DNA of 64,000 nucleotides from Octopus vulgaris (GCA_951406725.2 OX597825.1:2728001-2792000); one strand, 5' to 3'. Counted from the first letter of the stretch, positions 1-13,013 are shown. Made by a program: numbers and translations. The notes: generated from the letters alone by a model not told the origin.

Positions 1-245
1 CAACTATTCTTTATTTAAACGTTCTGGTACAGAAATTGCTTCTTTGCACTGGTAGATGGACAAAATTGTGATATTTGGTTGGATATTACCTACACATCTC
101 TCTATGTGTTTACTCAAAGGAATATGTATGTATTGTGGGATATATATAGTGTGGTTATCCGTCACAGTATCATACTTGTATGTCGTATATAGATATGTCC
201 ACCGCCTGAAGCGGTTATAACATAAATTACAAAGCTCAAATTACA

Positions 246-326
246 AAGTGAAGTTGGTTTTAATTGTGATCCTCTCTCTGCCTTGCACAAGTGAAGTCGG
301 TCTTAATTGTGCACTTTTCTCCTTGC
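246..326 (+). repeat. Diverged tandem duplication, ~43-bp unit
   Basis: aagtgaagttggttttaattgtg...ccttgc at 246 recurs as aagtgaagtcggtcttaattgtg...ccttgc at 289. Confidence 0.7.
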
Positions 327-2256
327 TGGAATAGGAATTGTCAGCCTTCCAGTGAGTAGAGGCATGTTCCATTTTTGAACCGTTGGTTTTGTGGTTGTTG
401 TGTAAAGCTTCGCATTTGTTAGACGTCTATTCAGCAATTTGTGATGCTTTTTGTTCACTTGTGTTCATAGGTAGATTGTGTACAATAGTGCTGTATGCCT
501 CATTGTTTTCTAGGGGTTGTGAGGTGATATATACGCTAGTGTTTGAGTTCAAGTTGAAGCCGAAGATGATACTGAAACGATGGTTTTGATAACAAATGCG
601 TCTACACACACTTTGTCGTCCGTATCAGTCTTTCAATATATACTCTATGTGCACCTTGAAATTCCGGACGTACATGCAACACGAACGCACGGCATCGTGG
701 ATGACGCCTGGTAGCCATATGTTGTAAACGCCCTTCATGTATAATACGCACTACATCTTTTCTATCATGATTACGTCGTAATGAATCCGCTGTTTATATT
801 TCTCCTACTTTCTGTAAAGAAAGGTTTGGTCTGAAATTCAGTCCGGTTTTCTCTTTTGTATAATGTGTACAAACTTTCATCGTATGTTAAGGGAAAAATG
901 AATTAGTTTAAGATTAATTTGCACGCACCCCTATGGAGATATTCTCACGGCTTTGTTAACTCGAGAAAATAAAGTCAACCCAGTATGATGTAACTAGATG
1001 ACATTTTCAGAATAACCACGACTTCTTAAATTTACTTTTACATATATTTTGATCTTGCGTTCAAAAACGCTTTCTTATCCTATTTAAACTGCCATATGAC
1101 CGTACACACATGCTGAACGAGGCTAAGAGTGTATATTATATATATGCGTTCTGCATACACCTCCAAACACCTTCTCGTAACTGGTTCATTAAGACATAGC
1201 GGCGTATCTATAATTATACTCATATCAACATGAACGGTCATAACACTTAACCTGTCAAAACACAGCCAAACCTAATGCTTATAACTGATGACATATATAC
1301 CTACAGCAGTAAGCAGTTATAGTTGGTGACAACCAGACATGTAGAGCGGTTATTATATATATATTAAAGTCAGCCGCCACATCAAAGTGGCTGTTGAATG
1401 TTGCTACTATTTTAACCCTAGGCAGATTCTCTGCAAGCTGGTTATCGCTGCGGCACTTTGCACGGATGCATGTATCTCACCATAATGTATGTCGGTATTT
1501 CATTGACTTTCGCACTGTTGTCACAAACTTATTTTCTTATATATCCCTTATCAAATGTGTCGTTCGCAATTTCAGGCGAAAAACTACAATTTCAATGCTA
1601 TTATTAGCTATGTAAAGTGACGTCATACCACAAAGTACCGTTCCTTCATGGTTATCGTCAATTTGCGATAGCTGTAATGGTTTAATACGATTTCCGTTTG
1701 ATTCAGGAAACGTCCAGAAATTTTTGAATGTGTGTATATCTGTTGAATATAACACAATGCGTATTTTCACAGAAAATTTATAATATAAAATGAAAGGGAA
1801 TTTATCGACATTTTCATCAAATTCATGCGTATTATTTTAAGTGGGTACTCTTAGAATCGAAGAACATGGTATTTCTGAAAGATAGAAAATGTAAGGGTGA
1901 CTGCATCAGCTAGCGCTGCATTACCCTCAGTTTGTCTACGTATTCCATAGTATCATATACAAATTTATTTAATTTCTAATTACCATAGTATGTGATTGTT
2001 TCTTATCATTATATATTCACAATTTTCAAAAAAGTTAATAATGAAGATTTTGTAGAATTTTAATAATAAAATGTTATTCCGGCATTCAAGAAATTATCAA
2101 AAAATTTACAAATCATGTTTGAGGACAAAAGCGGAATATGGATTGGTTCAGCTTCAACTAATAAGGATGGAGAAAATAAAGGAGGGCAATATCAAATAAA
2201 TTTTTGTGACGTATCTGCTGTTATATATTTATCTCCGTAGTATGAACCCTACGATT

Positions 2257-2595
2257 GGAAGCGCAATGGCCCAGAATGCAGATTCGATTCCCAGACCGGC
2301 TTTGTGAGGGTTTATTTAACAAAAACACCTAAAGCTCCACAAGGCTCCGGCAGGAGGTGGTGGCGAGCCCTACTGTACTCTTTCACTACAACTTTCTCTC
2401 ACACTTTCTTCCTGCTTCTGTTGTACCCATATTTTAAAGGGACAGCCTTGTCACACACTGTCTCTAGCTGAGAACTACGTTAAGAGTACACGTGCCTGTG
2501 TAGTGCTCTGCCATTTGCACGTTGATTTCACGAGCAGGCTGTCCCGTTGATCGGATCTACTGGTACCCTCGTCGTCGTATCCGTCGGAGTGCCGC
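2257..2595 (+). mobile_element. SINE-like interspersed repeat (family A)
   Basis: tRNA-like head remnant (gattcgattccc, B-box-like); internal blocks ctgagaactacgttaa and tttcacgagcaggctg recur inverted at ~29545-29590 and ~42815-42850. Confidence 0.6.
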
Positions 2596-2716
2596 GAAGA
2601 ATCCTACGAAAGGTAAAACATAGATACAGAATACACAAGAGCAACATATATTAATTCATACACATATACACACGCGCACGCATACACATATATTTGTGCA
2701 TACACACACAGAATAT

Positions 2717-2900
2717 TTAGCACGGCGGACGAAATGCTTGGCGGTATTTCGTCTGCCGTAATGTTCCGAGTTCGACTTTGCCTTTCGTCCTTTAGGGGTC
2801 GATTAAATAAGTACCAGTGATGCACTGGGGTCGATGTAGGCGACTGAATCCCTCTGTTTTGACCCCTCTGTGTTTAGCACCCTGTGGGCAATAAAGAAAG
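2717..2900 (+). mobile_element. tRNA-derived SINE with Nin-like core (family B)
   Basis: gaaatgcttggcggtatttcgtctgccg...gactttgcctttcgtcctttaggggtcgattaaataagtaccag is the reverse complement of the copies at 51725-51957 and 58519-58745. Confidence 0.85.
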
Positions 2901-2901
2901 T

Positions 2902-2905
<4 letters not shown>

Positions 2906-2965
<60 letters not shown>

Positions 2966-3012
2966 TGTGTGTATGTTTGTGCGTGTAAATATAGACACAC
3001 ACACACACACAC
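2906..3012. repeat. Compound (TA)n(TG)n/(CA)n microsatellite
   Basis: Direct inspection. Confidence 0.95.
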
Positions 3013-4494
3013 ATGCAATCATGTTTTGTATAGCGTAGCCTAAAAGACAAGTATGACATCGATAACGTTTGTCATGTGACAGCTGAAATAATTTATTTCT
3101 CAAAAAGTTATTTTCTAAGTGTTCCTAGTATTTTGTCAAACTTGCGTTTAAGTATCTTCTTGAATTTATGTATGAAAGTTGTCGTTTCTGATGAAAATTG
3201 ATAGAGCTTAAAACGATTTCCGCCGAATCCTATGTAACACTCAGAAATTGATTTGTTGTGTGTAAATATATCTGCTTATTTACAAATTCTTGAAATAATT
3301 GAAAATATACGGCAAGATAATTGCAAGATGGGAAAGACGTTTAGAAGCTGTAGGAGTTATTTTCTCTGTTAGCAAATTATGTAAACATCAGAAAGATAAT
3401 TTAACATTAATCCTATTGAAAATCTGACACATATTATATTCGTTTTTAACTTAATCTAATAAACTCTACAGTGTCAGAAAATATGGCAGACACTCCAAAA
3501 CGGTAATCTTGTAGTAAATTTGCTGATGCAATAAATTTAAGAAAAGAAAAATATTTATTACATCATTTACTCCATCTTTTCTTTTCCTCCTATGGTCCGG
3601 TGTCGTTCACTGTGTGTGTCTGTGTAACTTCCATTACTCATCGTCTGACACTACGCCTAGTATGTGCATTGACCTGCATATCTCTATATCTCCCTTTTAT
3701 TCCTTCTCCCGTTCAGCCCATTAGATGCAAATCGGGTCTGGGGGAAATGAAGCGAGCTTCAGCATTTATATCAGCAGCTATTAACTAGAGATTTTGAAAA
3801 CTGCGCACCAAAAAATTCAAGCAAATAATGAAGCAATCACTGGCATTGTCAGTAAATGTGGCATTGAGCCAAATAATTTTCAGTCTTTGTATTATATTAG
3901 TGACACAGAGACTTGTTTATTACTATTACTTACATATTCATTTTTCTATAAAATAAAATAAAAAAAACACTGCTTTATTATGATAAAAGATGTTTTGTTC
4001 TAAAGAAGAAACAGAAGACGACTTACAGAATAAGTGTATTTTGCCTCGCTTTAATAAATTATTGATTATGGCCGCCGGTGGTGGCGTCAGAATATTTTGA
4101 AATTTGTAAAGGTTAGCAAACAGATAAATGCAGGACATGTTGATATTTTCTGAATGAATCAAAATGATGTTGTTTTTTTCTTTTTGATACCAATTGTTAG
4201 TATTCGTTACTTTTGTTGCTCTACGTAGTTCTATTGTGTTTCAGAAATTAACATACCGTAATGGTTTCGATTCCTGGCCCAGCAGGTCACTAAGTTTCAC
4301 ATTGCTCCAGGCCACGCTTAGAGCAGTATTTCCTGTTTTACATTTACAATGTCACTGAAACTGCGGCGTTTTCCGCCAATGTAGCAAACTTGCCAGCATC
4401 AATGCCATTCTAATCTCAGTTCCTAAAACGCCATAGAAACCGGATTAAGCTTCAGTTTTCTGAGTCTCAACTTTGTGGTTTTATGTAAAGGTTG

Positions 4495-4600
4495 TGCATC
4501 AGTCACATATGTCAAATAAAACAAAATCATGCCAACGTGAGTCTGTTAGACGTTTCACCGATATATGATTCCGAGTTCATTCCCATGTATACATGTAACT
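4495..4600 (-). repeat. Dispersed repeat abutting (TA)n, copy 1
   Basis: Reverse complement of 10451-10563 (gttacatgtatacatgggaatgaactcggaatc...tgtgactgatgca) with small indels. Confidence 0.85.
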
Positions 4601-5829
4601 ATATATATATATATATATTCATACATACATACATACATGCACGCAGGGACTTTTATAAGAACTATGATTTTTTATTTTTACTTGATTTTTCTCAATTTCT
4701 TATTTTGATACGGACACCTCTTTCAAGATCCTTGAGATCTGATACAACCATCCGTAGAGATTCAATCCATTTTTGTATGCTTAATTTCTACTTCGGATTT
4801 ATATCTACGTCTGGCGTTATATCACCAAACTCCAGTACTCACAGTCAGTAATATACTATTCATCTATATCTGTCATTCTGTCTCTATTGGTGATTAATAT
4901 TCCATTTATATTCCCTGATATTTTCCAGGCGCGCAGTGCATGCTGCATGAGTTGTACTGTCGATCTCCGTGGGAATATCCGTACGGACTATGCAAATAGT
5001 TTACAGCAAGAGTTTCACCAGTTTTTTTCTGATTTTGCTAACAGCTTAAGATCATAAACAACGCTAAGCTGAATAATGACCGGCTCTGTTTTATCCAAAT
5101 GGCAACATATTCCTTTTTTTTTTCTTCGAAACACCCTGTTCAGAGGAATTAGATGAACACCGAAGAACAAATAGTAAATATGATAAATGCTATTTCATGT
5201 TAATAATGTAAAGCTCTCGCTACATGGGAACTACTGTAGTTGTCCCATTTTAAAAACATTTCTCCGCCCGTTCAATGAATCAACGTCAAAAATATTTATG
5301 ACCTGGTGTCACAAATATTCTTGGGCTGGTGTCATAAATACATGTGATCATCATTAAACTCCTATAGTCCTATAATACATGAGATATTATTAATACATAA
5401 GTTTAAAAAAGCTTAAGTGTCTTACGCTACCATAATCATACCTGTATGTGTTAAATAGGTTCATATAACAATGGTCTGTTTCCTTTCTCCCATACATCTT
5501 TCATCAAATATATTCTTTCGAAGTAACTACCTTTTCTATCTTCAACTTCTACTTCGAACGCTATTTGAAGAAGAAGTTAATGAAAGACTGGCCTGGAGGA
5601 AAGAACACTAATGATTTGAATAAAAAAGAACAATGACTTTGATAAAGATGAGGATGAATTGCACGATAATTGTTTAAACGGATTACGATAATAAGTAACA
5701 GAAACTGTAGTTGGTATTTTCCTCAATTTCGATTGCTAATAAATGAATTTAGATAACTGTGTGGAACAAACGTATTTTGTTGAACTACCTCCAAAACCAT
5801 TGCGTACCACATTTTGTTGGTAAATAGTC

Positions 5830-5832
<3 letters not shown>

Positions 5833-5889
<57 letters not shown>
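5833..5889. repeat. (TA)n microsatellite
   Basis: Direct inspection. Confidence 0.95.
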
Positions 5890-5893
<4 letters not shown>

Positions 5894-6067
5894 GAGAAGG
5901 AGAGAGAGAATATCGATAGATATACAAATATATCAAATCTGAGCTATGTAACAAACACAACAGCATCATCTTAATCAACGAACATAAAAATAGGATAAGA
6001 ACCGCAACATTCAAATTAATCTCAGATATATTTCATAAGTAAAGGATATGTTTGCTGCAAGAATTAA

Positions 6068-6098
<31 letters not shown>

Positions 6099-7633
6099 CG
6101 TTACTCCTAGATATATTATACTTTAAAAATTGAGGGGCATTATGATTGCTGAAATATCATTCATCAAACCTCCTTTAGGACTAAACATCGTCAGTACACT
6201 AGAAACTACTTTTTAACAGCCAAAAGTAAAACAAATCTACATAGATAGAACCGGATTACCAGTAATTTATTGCACTACTTAATAAGAGTTAGCTTCCGGC
6301 TTAACAGAGATTTACGCTTCTATGACCAAATTCGTAAATGTTGAAGGCACCGCAACATACTTTGTCGGGTGAGTATATAAATCAAGGTAGATTATTAACC
6401 AATAAATTATGAGAAATATAAAAACTGAAACGGCGAAACAGCTACTGAATAAGTGTATCATATTTGCGATACATTGGCGATACTGACAGAGTTCATTAGT
6501 TCAGCGAGGGATAACCGTACCTAACACGTGTGCCGTATCAGCTTGTTACGGATTTATTTTGTATTTATTATGGGTTGATATTTAGCAATTATCTCGCACG
6601 ATCTGGTGATATGCTCTTTAGAACCACATTTAATAATCACCAGCAAACGGTTGATGGTGAAACATATTCAATACATGTAACGTGTTGGCGCGTGCACTTA
6701 TCTGAATTAGTTTTAACGCCTTATTAATAATTAATTATGCATCATGAATGTGTGCATGACATTCACGAAAAATCTTGAGATGCGGATGGAATTTGCAGCT
6801 TCTGTCACAACTGAAGACATCAAATGAATGATTGAACAACTTGCCCTTCTCTTTAAACGCAAATCCGGAGCATGACTTAAAAAAGAAATACGATTCTACG
6901 TGTTCCAACAATGGAAATACCGCTTCCTTCTGAAATATTGCGTAAATTTATATTCATTAAATTAGTATTTATTCTACAAGACACAGGGGTGTATATAATA
7001 TATATTTTCCATTCCTCTAGGCGGTGGAGTGAAGATGGTATTTTCAGATATCTCTATGCATACAAATTATAAAGAGGATTCTGCATGTATTTAAATTTTT
7101 ATAAGTATCCAGTTAACTTAATATAATATATGTAAATCTATCCACATATGGTTATATGCCTGTAGTCACACCAGAGCATATCACCCAGAAGTCATTAAAG
7201 AGATATAGAAGGCTAATGTATTGGGTTTGGAATGCTTGCTCAAGCGTATTATACGATCACATCCTTATATTGAATACAAGTTTCATGTAGATTAGAATTA
7301 AAATACGATAAAAATAAACGTGTTTGTATGAAGGTGAAGATGATGATGCAGAAAGGAATAAGAGGGATGTTGATTTGGAGGAGGGTGATAAAGGCGGAAG
7401 GAGGGGTTGGATGGTGGTGGTAATAATAGGTTTAATTTCCATGAGAATGTAAATAAGCGGGGTGAGAGATGAAGGATATCGGTTGTCTGGAAATATACAC
7501 ATGGGCTTACACATTTCGCCATATATATTTATGAATATATAAATAGATATAAATAAGTGTATCTGTCAGCTGCATCCAATTATGGATATCAGAGAGCACA
7601 CTCTGGCAGACAGGCAGATCAATACACAGAGAC

Positions 7634-7676
<43 letters not shown>

Positions 7677-7689
7677 TATAGATAGATAT

Positions 7690-7767
<78 letters not shown>

Positions 7768-8080
7768 GGATGGATAGTTAGGTAGGCAGATAGATAAACA
7801 TACAGATGAATATAGAAAGGAAATCGCAGATAGATATGGAGACACACATAGAATGAAACATACACATAGATAGAAGATGGCCAGATACAGAAAAAAACAC
7901 ACAGAAAGGCGGTCAGAGATTAGATGGATAGATAGATAGATAGATAGATACACACAAAGACAGGCAGACGCACACACAGACATGTAGATAGATATATAGA
8001 TAAATAGATAAATAGATAGATAACTATATAAATAAATAGATAGATAGATAGTAGAGAGAGAGAGAGAGATAGACAGATAG

Positions 8081-8147
<67 letters not shown>
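7634..8147. repeat. (GATA)n tetranucleotide microsatellite region
   Basis: Long GATA runs at ~7634-7766 and ~8030-8147; explains the IYLS ORFs. Confidence 0.95.
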
Positions 8148-8148
<1 letters not shown>

Positions 8149-8558
8149 GCGAACAGACATTCCGGCAGACAGCTACATAGTGCTATAATCCTAAAACTAA
8201 TATATCAATAACGCATTCAACGAGTAGCAAAACATCAATTGTTAGAAGAATAGAATGGAGGATACCAACTGACTTTTTAATCAATTTCTCTTATTATAAT
8301 CATTTACATCTAGTATTTGAACCTTGACACATGTCTCTTGCAGCTGCTATTAAATGCATTCAGAATAGATTTGAGCTTTGGAAGAGAACCAGAAGCTATA
8401 CTGGGAAATAATGCTAAATACTTTCCAGAACAATTGATGTTGTTCTTCCGAATGATATTCAAAGGAAAATTAAGGAAAATTGGATAAAATTAAAGATTCT
8501 AAGTGTCTGTATAGTTCACAGCTTGTGTAAATGAGAGTTCGTATGAGTGTATGTGTGT

Positions 8559-8594
<36 letters not shown>

Positions 8595-9348
8595 GTGTCC
8601 GTGTGATTTGTGTGTGTCTATATATGTGAGTGACTGTGTGTGTGTGTGTACGTGAGCATGAGCGGAAGGGAGAGTGATAGTCACAGGTCTAAAAGACGGG
8701 AAAGAGAGGAAGACAGAGTATTACTTTGAGATGATTTATTGTTGCATTTGCGGAACGTGTGTGCGTGTGCGATTTTATATGAGGGTTTTTTGGAGTGCGT
8801 AAATGGAATTTTATATTCTATACATGTGTGTGTGTGTGTATAATTATAAATAAGTATGTGTGTGCATGTATAAGTATACATATGTGTGTGTGTGTGTGTG
8901 TACATATATACTTATATACATGCACATTCCTATGTGTGTGCATGCGTTCCTCTATCTATATAGACACACACACAATGTACACACACGTGCATGTGTACAT
9001 ACATGGACACACATAAACGCATAGATAGAGTATGGTTATGGAAGTGAAGATGAAAGCCTGTCTCAACACATATGTCGAGATCTATGATTTATCATGCTTG
9101 CAGAGACGTAATAGTGTAAGCTTTTCACACACATACACACACACGTATAGGCAGACCTGCTTTCTTGTACCAATGAACTAGTCTGTGCTTTTATATGAAT
9201 GCGTATTTGACTATGATATGCGTGGTAAGCAGAGAAAAAAACAAAGATGCAGGAGCATAAGTAGAAAAAAAGTGTAAGAGAGTGGTACGGATGAAAGTAT
9301 GAATCTATAAGTGACAGACACAGACTGGTGGAAAGTAGAAAGAAAGAG

Positions 9349-9352
<4 letters not shown>

Positions 9353-9410
<58 letters not shown>
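9353..9410. repeat. (GA)n microsatellite
   Basis: Direct inspection. Confidence 0.95.
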
Positions 9411-9412
<2 letters not shown>

Positions 9413-9657
9413 TATGTGCGTGTGTGTGTGTGTGTTAGAGGGCATGTACAACATGTGTGCAGAAATGGTGAAACGTTCGAGCACATGTAAGATTATGGAT
9501 ACATTTCGGCTTACGTTGTATACTCTGTATGTGAATAGCAATATGTCTCCGCTTGCCTGGTTCTTACATATCGTTATTTGGTATGTGTTGAGAGGCAAAT
9601 ATAATATTCTCTCCCTTTTCCTCTCTCTCTGTCTCTCTCTCTCTAAGTGTACGCGGG

Positions 9658-9667
<10 letters not shown>

Positions 9668-9744
<77 letters not shown>
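9668..9744. repeat. (TA)n microsatellite
   Basis: Direct inspection. Confidence 0.95.
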
Positions 9745-9749
<5 letters not shown>

Positions 9750-9759
9750 AATATATATA

Positions 9760-9945
9760 GGCGTAGGAGTCGCTGTATGATAAGAAGTTTTCTTTCCAAC
9801 CATATGGTTCCGGGTTCAGTCCCACTGCGTGACACCTTGTGCAACTTTCTTCTTTTATAACCTCCCCCACCATCTCTTGACAACCGATGTTGGTATGTGT
9901 ACGTCCCCGTACCATAGCAGTTCTGCAAAAGAGCCCAACAGACAG
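9760..9945 (+). mobile_element. tRNA-derived SINE (family C), internally deleted
   Basis: ggttccgggttcagtcccactgcgtgacaccttg head and cttgacaaccgatg block shared with 15569-16008. Confidence 0.8.
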
Positions 9946-10181
9946 AGCACTAGCGATGGTGACGTGATATCTGCAATTTCTGACGCTTTTTTGAAGAACA
10001 GCATGACATCTTTTTCACCACAGCTTGGCTAGCCAATTATATGTTCAACTGAGCTTCGTACATGTCACTTCTAATTTCTATATTTATCTCTCTACAAATC
10101 ATTCTCACGTACGATTCCCTCAGCAGAGGTAACTCAGTCTTCACTGTACCTACTATAGTTCCGGTGTGTCATTGCAAAGTT

Positions 10182-10240
<59 letters not shown>

Positions 10241-10330
10241 TATATTAAATTAGAGATAAATCCACTATTAGGAAAATCAAACAGTGAAAATCATAAGCCA
10301 ATACATAGAAAAATATTAATTAAAAAAATA
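10241..10330 (-). repeat. Homolog of the 3' tail of the hammerhead element at 12563-13250, within (TA)n
   Basis: Its reverse complement tatgtattggc...tgtttgattttcctaatagtggatttatctctaattt aligns with ~13105-13170 tatgtattgga...tgtttgatttgcaaaatagtggttttgtctctaatt. Confidence 0.7.
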
Positions 10331-10414
10331 TAAAATATAATTTTTTTTTGGTAATTTATATAACTATCAAAAAGTATAAAAAGTTTAATATAAGATAAAT
10401 AGTATATATGTATG

Positions 10415-10450
<36 letters not shown>

Positions 10451-10454
<4 letters not shown>

Positions 10455-10563
10455 CATGTATACATGGGAATGAACTCGGAATCGTATGGTCGGTGAACAA
10501 ACGTCTAACAGCACAGCCTCACGTTGGCATGATTTTGTTTGTTCGACACATGTGACTGATGCA
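10451..10563 (+). repeat. Dispersed repeat abutting (TA)n, copy 2
   Basis: Inverted copy of 4495-4600. Confidence 0.85.
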
Positions 10564-10952
10564 AAACCTTTTGAAACACCAAGTACAGTCGAAACGCCAA
10601 AGTATTGTTAATCAAGGCGAGCGTAAACAAACTGGGGTACAGTAGAATCAGTAGTCCCTGAAAATACTCTTGGAAGTCAGTGTGCTGGTGTATACCAAAC
10701 TGTAACCCGTCAGTGCGATTGAAGCAGAGAGTGAAGGCCTTATACAAATCTAGGGCTTGTTTACCAGAAAGTACCAGGCAAAATTTCTTATAACGGTGCT
10801 GACTCAAAATACAGAGATTCCATCACGTTTGATGAAATATTTGGGCCGTCTTGTTTTGGTCAGTCATGTGCTACCACCAAACGCATATACTTCAGACGTA
10901 CTTATGAAATAAGAAAATGTGATTAGCCTAACATACACACACACACACACAT

Positions 10953-10992
<40 letters not shown>

Positions 10993-11205
10993 GCAGATGT
11001 CATTAAAATAAAACTGGATCTCTTCTTGTCAGGTGTCCCAGATGAACCAACTTCACGGCAGGAGGTGCAGATGAGGGCAGCTGCATCGAACTCTCTTATG
11101 CACCAAAATGGCAATTGCTAAAAAGCATTCGTGAAGTAAAATCATGTAGCAACACCAAATGGCGGTGCCCCAGCATGACCACAGCTCGTGAGCTGAAACT
11201 AGATA
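10993..11205 (+). mobile_element. 3' end of a CR1-group LINE (ORF2 C-terminus + 3'UTR)
   Basis: Frame reads DVIKIKLDLFLSGVPDEPTSRQEVQMRAAASNSLMHQ, matching the K.LD.FL..VPD.P...RAA.SNSL C-terminus of invertebrate CR1-group ORF2; tail ggcggtgccccagcatgaccacag...ctgaaac. Confidence 0.7.
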
Positions 11206-11210
11206 AGATA

Positions 11211-11249
<39 letters not shown>

Positions 11250-11574
11250 TCTCCCCGCTGATTCAAATATATATGTAAAGGGATTTGAGAAACTTCGTAA
11301 TTATAGGGCCTGGAAATTGAAGTTTGAAAGATGGGAATCTGTTCTTGCTGTTGTGGGTGTTAATGATATGATTAAACAGGAATTTCGCCAACATTGAGAT
11401 GCCAGGGGAATGATGTCACATACAAATCAAAAAGGCTTTGTTGCATTTTATTATATGAATGTATTTCTCTAATGCCTTCAGCGAGCTTTCAGTTAATTAT
11501 AAATATCTATTAAGACCTAGGGGTATTTGGAGATACCCTGCAAGTGATTGTATCAAACCGGCAAAAAGAAAAGA

Positions 11575-11775
11575 ATGATGGTGTTGGTGATGGTAATGGT
11601 GGTGGAGGTGGCGTTGGTGTTAGTGATGATAGTGACAATGGTGGTGGCGAGGGTGATATATGTGGAGGTGGTGGTGATGAAGGTGATATAAGTGGAAGTT
11701 AGTGGTGGTGATGAGGATTATGACGATGATGATAAGATGACAACGGCGATAATGATGATGATGATGATAATAATT
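11575..11775. repeat. Degenerate (GGT/GAT)n trinucleotide tract
   Basis: Direct inspection; source of the His-rich ORF. Confidence 0.85.
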
Positions 11776-12243
11776 TCTAGTGGGAAATGATAAAGGAAAT
11801 ATCATTGCTGAGCAGGATTATTAACCTCATTAATTTCTGATTCATAATCCAACGCTGTAGAATTATTTTATGAAGGGGGACCTCTTTCAAATTTTTACAA
11901 CACTGTACAGTCCGCAAAAGTGAAAGAGGAATTATAGGGTTTCGATAAACGGGAAGACTATTTAATTCGGTATTCAAGAATATGCGTTCATTATACGTTA
12001 CCTTTCCACAGTTAGCACCTAAAGCTAGTTCACACACTTGTCTAGAACTTATGATTTAAAACAGAAGATTTCCCTTCACAGAAACGTAAATCGCATAAGT
12101 AAGTTCATCCAGTGCACAACCATGTTAACCACACTGATATTTAAGATAGATTAAACTTCCTATGTAAACGTTTCATGCGGATTTTCCGATTACCTATGAT
12201 TTTTTTTCCTTCTTTCTTCAAATATATTTCTGCTTCTAAATAT

Positions 12244-12289
<46 letters not shown>

Positions 12290-12296
<7 letters not shown>

Positions 12297-12547
12297 AGGG
12301 TTTTTGCAACAAGTTGCTTAAGCCACATACCGAAAATTTTAGAAATAGCATCCAAAAGACTACTATTTCCTTTTGTAGTCTTTTGGCTGCTATTTCTAAA
12401 ATTTTCGGTATGTGGTTTAAGCAACTTGTTGCAAAAAAAACCTTGTTATTATAATCATATAAATTTTTACCGAATATGGTCCTTTTCCATACCGAAATAC
12501 TACTAGGTGAAATTTGTTTATTTTATTAAATTAATTATATTTCACCC
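12290..12547 (+). mobile_element. Fold-back element 1 (~75-bp inverted arms + tail) within (TA)n
   Basis: Arms 12290-12363 and 12375-12453 are near-perfect reverse complements, 11-nt loop; tail ends aaattaattatatttcaccc; TA runs on both sides. Confidence 0.85.
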
Positions 12548-12703
12548 TATATATATATATATAACTTATAGATAAGGGCAAAGGAAAATCTTTCTAATGC
12601 CAAATATACCGAAAATTGGACATATTGTCCATTACCATATAATTTTTCACCATACGCACGCTACTCGAAAAAAGCCGACAGAAATCTCTAAAAAATTCCG
12701 TTA

Positions 12704-12763
12704 TTACCATATCGGACCGATTTCAGGGTTAGTTCGTAAGAACCCTCCCTTCGCCAGTGATAA
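12704..12763 (-). ncRNA. Antisense copy of the type I hammerhead, core variant CUGGCGA
   Basis: Reverse complement reads ttatca ctggcga aggg ag ggttc ttac gaact aa ccct gaaa tcggtccga ta tggtaa. Confidence 0.65.
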
Positions 12764-12770
12764 TTGTCGT

Positions 12771-12830
12771 TTATCACTGACGAAGGGAGGGTCCTTACGA
12801 ACTAATCCTGAAATCGGTCCGATATGGTAA
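12771..12830 (+). ncRNA. Type I hammerhead ribozyme
   Basis: Stem I ttatca/tggtaa; core CUGACGA 12777-83; stem II aggg...tcct; GAAA 12810-13; near-palindromic stem III tcgg-t-ccga; AUA triplet, predicted cut after 12824. Confidence 0.8.
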
Positions 12831-13013
12831 TAATGGAATCTTTTTGAAATTTCTGTCGACCTTTTTTTAGTAGCGTGCGTATTGTGAAAAAATTATAATG
12901 GTAATGAACAATGTGTCTAATTTCGGCATATTTAGCATTGTAAATTTTTTCGTTTGCCCTTATTTATAAGTTGTTTATAAGTTTAACCATTAAATGTAAT
13001 TTTTAATATGCTG

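Noticed and set aside
427-609. ORF containing STIVHNLPMNTSEQ, vaguely RRM/ORF1-like
   Set aside because: Short, with no further motifs; cannot be assigned.
1281-1355. ctgatga followed by aaccagacatgtagagcggttat, hammerhead-like
   Set aside because: GAAA is absent and stems I and II cannot be completed.
7507-8160. 217-aa ORF and similar IYIY/CVCV/IYLS/poly-Ile ORFs across the window
   Set aside because: Translations of stop-free microsatellites, not genes.
4495-10563. Inverted repeats read as TIRs of a 6-kb transposon
   Set aside because: The TA-abutting termini face inward and no transposase lies between them.
10555-10592. ctgatgc...gaaac...gta hammerhead-like string
   Set aside because: Core mismatch, and stem I does not pair.
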